Origin: an uncultured Eubacteriaceae bacterium
GTDB taxonomy: Bacteria > Bacillota > Clostridia > Eubacteriales > UBA1433
Assembly (NCBI GenBank): GCA_937880125.1
Contig: CALFLU010000093.1
Span: 1 to 56,694, forward strand
Reading direction: 5' to 3'
Length of the DNA stretch: 56,694 nucleotides
The position numbers and the translations under genes are program-made. This document shows positions 49,736-56,694 of the stretch, in pieces (the first letter of the stretch is position 1; every line of letters begins with the position of its first letter). The notes beneath the pieces are model-generated. The model was not told the origin of the DNA. It was given only the letters and a program-made list of their open reading frames with translations, and searched no databases.

Positions 49736-51114
49736 CTTTTGTCTCCCTCCGATGTTTCGCTCGGTCTCAAAACCCAATTTTCTTTATTTGTTTGTCTGCT
49801 GCGTGCAATGGCCAGACTGTATTCATCCACATCTTCGGTAATCGTGGAGCCTGCCGCAATGTAGGCACCCTTTTTCACCGTCACCGGCGCAATCAAGTTT
49901 ACATTGCACCCTACAAAGCAATCGTCTTCCACCACGGTAAGGTTTTTGGCCTTGCCGTCGTAGTTTACAAAGACCACACCGCACCCCAGGTTGACATTTT
50001 CGCCGACTTTGGCATCTCCGATATAGGTAAGATGCGAAGATTTGGAATTGTCCCCCATGGTGGAGGCTTTGACTTCGACAAAGTTTCCTATTTTTACATG
50101 TTCACCCAAAATGCTCTTGGGTCGCAGGTGCGCAAAGGGACCGATTTTTGCATGATTGCCCACAACGCTGTCCGTAATCACAGAGCTGTTGATGGTGCAA
50201 TGCTCGCCGATGACGCTGTTGCGTATCATGGAACTCGTGGTAATTACCGTTCCTTTTTTGATGATGCTGCGCCCTTCAATGACCACATTGGGATAGAGCA
50301 ACACATCCGGTGCAACCACCGCATCATAGGAAATGTAGGTATTTTCAGGGTCTATCATTGTCACGCCCTGTGCAAGCCATTTGCTGTTAATCATTTGGCG
50401 CATCATTTTTTCAAGCTGCGCCAACTGCTTTTTATCGTTGACGGCTTTGATGATATCGCTGTCTTGCTCAATGAGTACATCCACATCATACCCGCCGGCC
50501 AGCAGCTGCTCGATGCTGTCGGTAAGATAATATTCTTTTGCCGCATTTTCGGGCGTCAAGCCTTTTAATGCTTTTTTCAGCGCACTGCCCAAGAAGCAAT
50601 ATACGCCGGAATTAATTTCTTTCACGGCTTGCTGCGCGCTGTCTGCATCCTTTTGTTCTACAATTTTTTTGATTCTGCCGTTTTCGTCGCGAATAATTCT
50701 TCCGTAACCGTAAGGATTATCCAATATCGTCGACAGCACCACCGCGTCTTTTTTGCCTGCATAGGCGCATTCAAATATTTCTTCGATGACTCTGGCATTT
50801 ACCAACGGTGCATCTCCGCACAGCACCACCACATAAGCATTATCATCAATAAAAGAGGCGGCCTGCATCACCGCATGGCCGGTACCGAGCTGCTCATGTT
50901 GAACAAACGCACAAACATCTCCCACCAATGACGCTTTAACCTCATCTGCTTTATATCCCACAATAACGGCAATTTCTTCTACCTTTGCCTGACGAACATT
51001 GTCTATCACATAAGAAAGCATACTTTTTCCGCACAATTCATGGAGAACCTTCGGTTTTTCGCTCTTCATGCGCGTGCCTTTTCCGGCCGCAAGTATCACA
51101 GCTTGCATATGCAT
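49732..51114 (-). CDS. glmU: Bifunctional UDP-N-acetylglucosamine pyrophosphorylase / glucosamine-1-phosphate N-acetyltransferase
   Basis: ILAAGKGTRMKS at the N-terminus and left-handed beta-helix hexapeptide repeats at the C-terminus. I chose the ATG at 51114, downstream of GGGAGG. Confidence 0.95.
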   Translation of the reverse strand: MHMQAVILAAGKGTRMKSEKPKVLHELCGKSMLSYVIDNVRQAKVEEIAVIVGYKADEVKASLVGDVCAFVQHEQLGTGHAVMQAASFIDDNAYVVVLCGDAPLVNARVIEEIFECAYAGKKDAVVLSTILDNPYGYGRIIRDENGRIKKIVEQKDADSAQQAVKEINSGVYCFLGSALKKALKGLTPENAAKEYYLTDSIEQLLAGGYDVDVLIEQDSDIIKAVNDKKQLAQLEKMMRQMINSKWLAQGVTMIDPENTYISYDAVVAPDVLLYPNVVIEGRSIIKKGTVITTSSMIRNSVIGEHCTINSSVITDSVVGNHAKIGPFAHLRPKSILGEHVKIGNFVEVKASTMGDNSKSSHLTYIGDAKVGENVNLGCGVVFVNYDGKAKNLTVVEDDCFVGCNVNLIAPVTVKKGAYIAAGSTITEDVDEYSLAIARSRQTNKENWVLRPSETSEGDKR

Positions 51115-51198
51115 TTTGCACACCTCCCGCCACTTTTTTTTGCGTAATTATGATTATATACCAAAGATGGTAAATATACTATATTTCTGCGCATAAAA

Positions 51199-51226
51199 AT
51201 AAAAAAGGGATTTCTCCCTTTTTTAA
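51199..51226 (-). terminator. Terminator after spoVG
   Basis: aaaaaaggga-tttc-tccctttttt. The stem is short and is extended by A-T pairs. Confidence 0.55.
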
Positions 51227-51246
51227 AATCGACCGCCGACTACACC

Positions 51247-51522
51247 CTATTCAGCGGGCTGTTCGTTTGCCGACTCTTCCTCATATTTCTCTAAAATCGC
51301 TTGCTGCATTTTTTTACGTGCTTCAATGTTGATCGGATGCGCAATATCTTTAAATTCTCCATCGGGAGTGCGTCGGCTGGGCATTGCGATAAACATACCG
51401 CTTTGACCTTCAATAATCTTGATGTCATGAATCACGAGTTCGTCATCAAATGTCACCGAAACAATGGCCTTCATCTTGCCTTCAGTATAGATTTTTCTAA
51501 TTCTGATGTCTGTAATTTGCAT
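51247..51522 (-). CDS. spoVG: Septation protein SpoVG
   Basis: [11 protein letters not shown]...[22 protein letters not shown]...[21 protein letters not shown], the canonical SpoVG sequence. Confidence 0.96.
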   Translation of the reverse strand: MQITDIRIRKIYTEGKMKAIVSVTFDDELVIHDIKIIEGQSGMFIAMPSRRTPDGEFKDIAHPINIEARKKMQQAILEKYEEESANEQPAE

Positions 51523-51695
51523 TGTGAAGCTCCTTCCACCATGACGCCATGCGCTTTAGTATTTCAATGTACTCTTTTGTATGGTATATTATATCTGATT
51601 TAAATGAAAAAAAACATCTTTTTTTACGATATTTCGGGCTTATTTGTGTTTTTTTACATCACGAATCATTTTTTTTGTAAATTTCAGGGAAATAA

Positions 51696-51723
51696 TTGCA
51701 TCCCTGCCAAATTGATGTATAAT
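51696..51723 (+). promoter_or_regulatory. Sigma-70-like promoter for murC
   Basis: TTGCAT (51696..51701), a 16-nt spacer, then TATAAT (51718..51723), 28 nt upstream of the murC ATG. Confidence 0.55.
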
Positions 51724-51750
51724 AATAAGGCGAATTTGAGAGGATTTTGA

Positions 51751-53166
51751 ATGAATAAAGTTGATTACAGCAAGATAAAAAAGATCCATTTTATCGGTAT
51801 CGGCGGCACCAGCATGAGCGGACTTGCCCATATTGCCAACCATAAAGGTTTACAGATTACAGGCTCTGACATGCGCGCCTGCCCCTATACGGACAAGCTA
51901 ATCGAAGAAGGTTTTGACATCCAAATCGGGCACGACGCCGCAAACATTCCTTTGGATTGTGACTTGGTGGTCTATACGGCCGCCATCAATAAAAACAATG
52001 CCGAACTAAAAGAAGCACACCGGCGCAACATTCCCACCGTGCAGCGCTCAGAATTTTTGGGCTACCTCACAAGCCTGTATCCCACAACCATTGCGGCCGC
52101 AGGCACCCATGGCAAAACCACCACCTCTTCCATGCTTTCGTTGATGTTGTTGGATGCAGGGCTCGATCCCAGCGCCAGCATCGGCGGTACCCTCAAAGAG
52201 TTGGGCGGCAACTATCGCATCGGCAACAGCGACTATTTTGTCACCGAGGCCTGCGAATATGTGGACAGCTTTTTAAAATCTCATCACCGCATTGCCATTA
52301 TTTCCAATGTGGAGCCCGATCATTTGGATTATTTTACCGGCGGCATCGAACAAATCCGTCAATCATTTTTAGAATTTGCAAAAATTTTGCCTGCCGACGG
52401 TCTGTTGATTTTAAACGGCGATGACAAAGATTTATCCTTTATCGCCGATCATTCAAAGGCACCTGTGCACAGATTCGGTCTAAACGATGACAACGACTAT
52501 TATGCTGCCAATATTGTCTATTCGCCCCTGGGCATTCCCGAATTTGATGTGATGAAATTCGGCGAATTTTTCGGTCATTTTCAACTGCAAATTCCCGGCG
52601 AGCACAATGTTCTCAACGCGCTTTCCATGATTGTTTGCGGAGATTTTTTAAATATTACTTTAGAAAGCATGCAAAAAACCCTTCAGCGCTTTGGCGGCAC
52701 CAAGCGCAGGTTTGAATTTCGCGGCGAAGTCAACAACATCAAAGTCTACGAAGACTACGCCCACCACCCCACCGAGGTCAAAGTCACCATCGAGGCTTGC
52801 CACAACTATGAGCAAAAACGGCTCTGGGTTGTTTTTCAACCCCACACCTTTTCACGAACCTACGACTTTTTTGACGAATTTTCCGAAGCGCTCAGCAATT
52901 GTGATTTTCTCATTATGAATGACATCTACTCCGACAGAGAGGTCAATCTTTGGGATATCAGCAGCGAAATGGTCGCAGAAGAAGTGCAAAAAACCTACGG
53001 CACCCCTGCTGTATGTATCAAAAAATTTACGGATATCGTGGATTACCTGGCAGAGCGCTTACAACCCGGAGATTTTGTGCTTGTTGCCGGCTCACAAAGC
53101 ATTAATCAAGTGGCCTTTATGCTGGTCGACAAACTCAACGAACTCTATAACCCTTCTCAGCCATAA
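51751..53166 (+). CDS. murC: UDP-N-acetylmuramate--L-alanine ligase
   Basis: HFIGIGGTSMSGLA and GTHGKTTTSSM (P-loop). 471 aa. Confidence 0.95.
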   Translation: MNKVDYSKIKKIHFIGIGGTSMSGLAHIANHKGLQITGSDMRACPYTDKLIEEGFDIQIGHDAANIPLDCDLVVYTAAINKNNAELKEAHRRNIPTVQRSEFLGYLTSLYPTTIAAAGTHGKTTTSSMLSLMLLDAGLDPSASIGGTLKELGGNYRIGNSDYFVTEACEYVDSFLKSHHRIAIISNVEPDHLDYFTGGIEQIRQSFLEFAKILPADGLLILNGDDKDLSFIADHSKAPVHRFGLNDDNDYYAANIVYSPLGIPEFDVMKFGEFFGHFQLQIPGEHNVLNALSMIVCGDFLNITLESMQKTLQRFGGTKRRFEFRGEVNNIKVYEDYAHHPTEVKVTIEACHNYEQKRLWVVFQPHTFSRTYDFFDEFSEALSNCDFLIMNDIYSDREVNLWDISSEMVAEEVQKTYGTPAVCIKKFTDIVDYLAERLQPGDFVLVAGSQSINQVAFMLVDKLNELYNPSQP

Positions 53167-53191
53167 AAAAGACCCCAAAGGGTCTTTTTTT
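53165..53191. terminator. Bidirectional terminator
   Basis: aaaaaagaccc-caaa-gggtcttttttt, lying between the convergent murC and BFD-like genes. Confidence 0.8.
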
Positions 53192-53251
53192 AATGTTTTT
53201 TTCATATTTTATTCTTGCTTGTCGATTGATGCTTTTGACCAACATTGCGCC

Positions 53252-53428
53252 TTATTCGACATTTTTTTTGACGAATTTTTTCACCTGTTCTTTACATTTT
53301 CCGCATTTGCTTGCCGCTTTCGTCATTTTTTTCACTTCCTTATAACTTGTCGCTCCCTGCTTAATAGCTTTAAGCACATCTGCTTCGGTTGTTTTTTTGC
53401 ATTTACATAATATTTTATCTTTACTCAT
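53252..53428 (-). CDS. Small BFD-like [2Fe-2S]-binding protein
   Basis: 58 aa, MSKDKILCKCKKTTEADVLKAIKQGATSYKEVKKMTKAASKCGKCKE, with the pattern CxC...CxxC. AGGTGA RBS. The longer ORF-track form overlaps the upstream gene. Confidence 0.7.
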   Translation of the reverse strand: MSKDKILCKCKKTTEADVLKAIKQGATSYKEVKKMTKAASKCGKCKEQVKKFVKKNVE

Positions 53429-53451
53429 GCTTTTTTCACCTGTTTTTATGT

Positions 53452-54234
53452 TTAAACAAAATATTCGTTTTCGCGCCTTTGCGCCAACTGCTTCGAAAAT
53501 TTTTCCGCAAAAGCCAAATATTCGGGTGTTTCCATACACTTTGCATGGACTGGACAATATTTGATACAGGCAAAACACGAAATGCAGCGTGAAGCATCCA
53601 CTGCATATCCGTTCTCTGCATCAACAGCCTGCTGCGGACAAACCTCTGCACAAAGTCCGCAGGCAATGCAAGTATCCTTTGTTTGCGGTATAAAGGAGCC
53701 GCCTCCGCCACCCTCTTTATACGGGGTGTTGCCGGGCACTTGCTCAAGAACTTTTTTTCCCGCAATCAGCTCTTTTGCCGCGCCCAAAGCAAACTCTCTG
53801 TTTTCCTTCAAATCCCTTTCATTGGGGCGACCTTTTTGAATATCGCCAAAGGTGTGCTGTGCCACAAGAGCCGCTGCCGCAAAGGGCACAAATCCCTGCT
53901 TTTTAGCCAGCTCATACATCTCCAACAATGCATCGTCGTAGTGGCGATTGCCATAGGTCACCGTCACAACACAAGGGGTATTTTCCGCCGAAAATTCTGC
54001 AAGGCGCTGTGCCGCACCCCTATAGAGCCTGCCGCTGTAAACCGGCGCGCCAAAGACCACCATATCCTCTGCGCAAAAGGTTTCGGGCTGCACTTTTTTA
54101 TTCAAAATCGTAATATCGACTTCATGCACCTTTGCACCCCATTGACTTGCCAAGCTATGCGCGATGCTCAACGCACCCTTCTTTGAAGAACTTGTGGGTG
54201 AAAAATACAGCGCATATACATTTTTTATTTTCAT
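53452..54234 (-). CDS. Flavodoxin-like domain fused to a 2x[4Fe-4S] ferredoxin domain
   Basis: The N-terminus YALYFSPTSSSKKGA...VFGAPVYSGRL is flavodoxin-like. The C-terminus has CIACGLCAEVCP and CISCFACIKYCP. I chose the ATG at 54234, which has AAAGGAGGAG upstream. Confidence 0.8.
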   Translation of the reverse strand: MKIKNVYALYFSPTSSSKKGALSIAHSLASQWGAKVHEVDITILNKKVQPETFCAEDMVVFGAPVYSGRLYRGAAQRLAEFSAENTPCVVTVTYGNRHYDDALLEMYELAKKQGFVPFAAAALVAQHTFGDIQKGRPNERDLKENREFALGAAKELIAGKKVLEQVPGNTPYKEGGGGGSFIPQTKDTCIACGLCAEVCPQQAVDAENGYAVDASRCISCFACIKYCPVHAKCMETPEYLAFAEKFSKQLAQRRENEYFV

Positions 54235-54267
54235 TGTTGTCTCCTCCTTTTTCAATATGGTTCGGTG

Positions 54268-54297
54268 AAAAAAGCAGCTGCTTAAAGCAGCTGCCCC
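54268..54297 (-). terminator. Hairpin terminator after argD
   Basis: The minus strand reads ggggcagctgc-tttaa-gcagctgc-tttttt, immediately after the argD stop at 54305. Confidence 0.65.
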
Positions 54298-54304
54298 ATG
54301 ACGA

Positions 54305-55477
54305 TTACATATCGCTTAACACCTTGTTCAAAATATCCAAACCTGCCCGCGCCTCTTCGATGGTGATGGTCAAGGGAGGCAGCAGCCTCAACTTATCTTT
54401 TGCCGTCAGCACCAACAAACCTGCCTGAATACACTTTTGTGCCACGACTTTGTTGTCGATATCCATCTCCACGCCTATCATCAACCCTTGCCCGTTCACA
54501 GAGATTACATGGGGCATTTTTGCAATTTCCACACGCATATAAATCCCCTTTTGCATAATGTCCAACAGCAACTCTTGGTTTAACCTGTCCAACACCGCCT
54601 CTGCCGCCGAGCACACAATGGGATTTGCGCCAAAGGTTGTGGCATGGCTTCCCGGACTCAACACATCTGCGGTTTTTTCATCAAAGAGTGTTGCCCCCAA
54701 AGGCAGCCCTCCCGCCAGGCCCTTTGCACAAGACAAGATGTTGGGCACAAACTGAAATCCCTGATAGCCAAACAGCGTGCCGCATCTGCCGATGCCGGTT
54801 TGCACTTCGTCTGCAATAATTAAAATATCTTTTTTCTGTGCCACTTCGGCAATTTCATCCAAAAATCCCGGCATCAGTTCTAACACGCCGCCTTCTCCCT
54901 GGATGACTTCCAACATAATTGCACAGGTTTTGTCGGTTATTTTTGAAAGCAAATCTTCGGTATCATTTGCCTTGGCATAGACAAATCCTTCAACAAAGGG
55001 ATCAAAAAACTTGTGAAACACACTTTGCCCCGTTGCCGACAGTGTTGCTATCGTGCGCCCGTGAAAGGAGTTTTGCAGTGTAATGATTTCGTAGCGGTCC
55101 GCTCCGTATTTGTCAAAACTGTATTTGCGTGCGGCTTTGATGGCACATTCGTTTGCCTCTGCGCCGGAATTGGAAAAAAACACTTTTTTCATACCGGTTC
55201 TCAAACATAATTTTTCCGCGAGTCTTGCGCCGGGCAGTGTGTAGTACAAGTTGGACGTATGGTTGAGCGTTCTGGCTTGGCGAGCAATGGCATCTATCCA
55301 CTTGTTATCGCAAAACCCCAGCGAGTTTACGCCGATTCCGCTGGTAAAGTCAATATATTCTTTGCCGTCAAAATCTTTGCAAAAAACCCCTTTGCCGCTT
55401 TCGATTGCCACATCAAAACGACTGTAGGTGTTTGCAATAAATTCACCGCTCAGTTTTTTTACATCTTCGTTGGTCAT
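54305..55477 (-). CDS. argD: Acetylornithine aminotransferase (class III)
   Basis: 390 aa. Motifs SGAEANECAIKAARK, DEVQTGIGRCG and the PLP-Lys region SCAKGLAGG. It sits next to argB and argJ. Confidence 0.9.
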   Translation of the reverse strand: MTNEDVKKLSGEFIANTYSRFDVAIESGKGVFCKDFDGKEYIDFTSGIGVNSLGFCDNKWIDAIARQARTLNHTSNLYYTLPGARLAEKLCLRTGMKKVFFSNSGAEANECAIKAARKYSFDKYGADRYEIITLQNSFHGRTIATLSATGQSVFHKFFDPFVEGFVYAKANDTEDLLSKITDKTCAIMLEVIQGEGGVLELMPGFLDEIAEVAQKKDILIIADEVQTGIGRCGTLFGYQGFQFVPNILSCAKGLAGGLPLGATLFDEKTADVLSPGSHATTFGANPIVCSAAEAVLDRLNQELLLDIMQKGIYMRVEIAKMPHVISVNGQGLMIGVEMDIDNKVVAQKCIQAGLLVLTAKDKLRLLPPLTITIEEARAGLDILNKVLSDM

Positions 55478-55492
55478 ATCATCACCCGTTTT

Positions 55493-56335
55493 TTACATAT
55501 TTTCTACAAATAGTGTACCGCATCCCTCTTGCTCTAGCAAGCACGAAATAAAAATATTTTCTGCGCGGCCATCGGCAATATAGGCAGATTCCACGCCGCT
55601 GCCAACAGCTTTTATGCAGCACTTTGCTTTTGGAATCATCCCGCCGTCAATAATTTTTTCATCCATATATTTTTTTGCCTGTCGCACATCGATTTTGTCT
55701 ATCAAGCTTAATACATCTTCTTTGTCTTTTAATATCCCCGCCACATCTGTCAGCAAAACAAAAGCCGCCGCTTGCATTTGAGCTGCAATGGCACCTGCTG
55801 CCGCATCGGCGTTGATGTTATAGACTTTCCCCTCTTTGTCGCTGCCCAAGGTGGCCACAACAGGAATATAGCCCAGCGACAACACATCATACAGCGGCTC
55901 GGCATAAATAGCTGTCACTTGTCCCACAAAGCCCAAATCTGCCCCGGTATTCATTTTTTCCGCGGTGATGATGCCGCTGTCCAGTCCGCAGACACCCAGG
56001 GCTTTGCCGCCGCGCTGTGAAATGAGCAGGCTCAATTCTTTATTGACTTTGCCTGCAAGCACCATTTGCACAATTTCAATGCTTTCGCTGTCGGTATAGC
56101 GCAGTCCCTCTACAAAACGACTTTCAATGCCCGTTTTTTTCAACATTGCATTGATTTCGGGTCCGCCGCCATGAACAAGCACCACCCGTGCACCCAGCGA
56201 CTGTAAAAGCAATATATCATCCATCAGCGAAGCGGCGGCATTTTTACCTGTCATGGCGTTGCCGCCGTATTTTACCACAATGACTTTGCCGTCGTAGCGC
56301 TTTTTCAGCTCAATCAGTTTTTTTTCTTCATACAT
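55493..56335 (-). CDS. argB: Acetylglutamate kinase
   Basis: IVVKYGGNAM and LVHGGGPEI. 280 aa. Confidence 0.95.
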   Translation of the reverse strand: MYEEKKLIELKKRYDGKVIVVKYGGNAMTGKNAAASLMDDILLLQSLGARVVLVHGGGPEINAMLKKTGIESRFVEGLRYTDSESIEIVQMVLAGKVNKELSLLISQRGGKALGVCGLDSGIITAEKMNTGADLGFVGQVTAIYAEPLYDVLSLGYIPVVATLGSDKEGKVYNINADAAAGAIAAQMQAAAFVLLTDVAGILKDKEDVLSLIDKIDVRQAKKYMDEKIIDGGMIPKAKCCIKAVGSGVESAYIADGRAENIFISCLLEQEGCGTLFVENM

Positions 56336-56349
56336 CCTTTTGCCTCATT

Positions 56350-56694
56350 TTATGTGCGGTAAGACGCATTGATATTCACATATTCACAGGTCAAATCACA
56401 ACCCCACGCCGTGGCTTGACACTCGCCCTCATGCAGCGTGATATGAATGGTAATTTCATCTTCCGACAAAATTTTCTTTGCAATATCTTCATCAAAATCA
56501 AGACCCATGCTTTTTTTACAGGTATCAATGGTGCCGGCTTTGGACGTAAGGGCAATGTCCACATCGTCCTCATTAAACTCAGCGCCCGAGTACCCCACGG
56601 CACAAAGCACCCTGCCCCAGTTGGCATCCGCCCCGGCCATCGCCGTTTTAAACAGCGAGGACGTAATGACGGTTTTTGCTATTTTTTTTGCGTC
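56350..56694 (-). CDS. argJ: Ornithine acetyltransferase / N-acetylglutamate synthase ArgJ, 3' part (truncated by the window edge)
   Basis: C-terminal sequence GADANWGRVLCAVGYSG...WGCDLTCEYVNINASYRT is the typical ArgJ beta-chain end. The ORF stays open to the window end. Confidence 0.88.
   Translation of the reverse strand, partial: DAKKIAKTVITSSLFKTAMAGADANWGRVLCAVGYSGAEFNEDDVDIALTSKAGTIDTCKKSMGLDFDEDIAKKILSEDEITIHITLHEGECQATAWGCDLTCEYVNINASYRT

Overview
This window looks like an ordinary chromosomal housekeeping segment of a Firmicute, probably Clostridia-like. The synteny blocks that point this way are greA-lysS-mscL, prfA-sua5-ywlE-rpiB-comEB, SpoVB-type flippase-mazG-hup, and spoVG-glmU-prs. 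Coding density is high and most genes lie on the minus strand.

Main blocks, in order:
- A complete nine-gene V-type ATPase operon (G/H-I-K-E-C-F-A-B-D).
- A cytoplasmic GH13 amylase and a membrane-anchored metallophosphoesterase.
- Hsp33, DegV and HtrA.
- rsmA, followed by a lone tRNA-Leu(CAG).
- Three tandem universal-stress-protein paralogs.
- A thiazole-branch thiamin cluster: thiS, thiF, thiG, thiH and a ThiE/TenI-family gene.
- An OmpR-type two-component pair.
- arcA, an ornithine carbamoyltransferase and a tandem-Nudix gene.
- murC, then the 3' end of an arg operon (argJ'-argB-argD).

I found no CRISPR array, transposase, integrase, phage genes or recognisable defence genes, so I cannot honestly claim a new multi-gene system.

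The best lead is the thi leader. It has no THI-box. Instead it carries a compact nested hairpin plus a U-tract immediately upstream of thiS, which fits the terminator-embedded HMP-PP (thiS-motif) riboswitch class. That class is already described.

Secondary leads:
- A -1 frameshift in an A7 run that splits the ThiE/TenI gene.
- A ThiS-like domain fused to ThiF, next to a free ThiS.
- A CCA-enzyme homolog with a degenerate nucleotidyltransferase head but an intact HD motif.
- A Na+-type ion-site signature in the V-ATPase proteolipid.
- An internally repeated hypothetical protein apparently coupled to the metallophosphoesterase.
- arcA-OTC followed by a double Nudix protein rather than arcC/arcD.

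All coordinates, start-codon choices and motif calls come from reading the sequence by eye. No database search was run.
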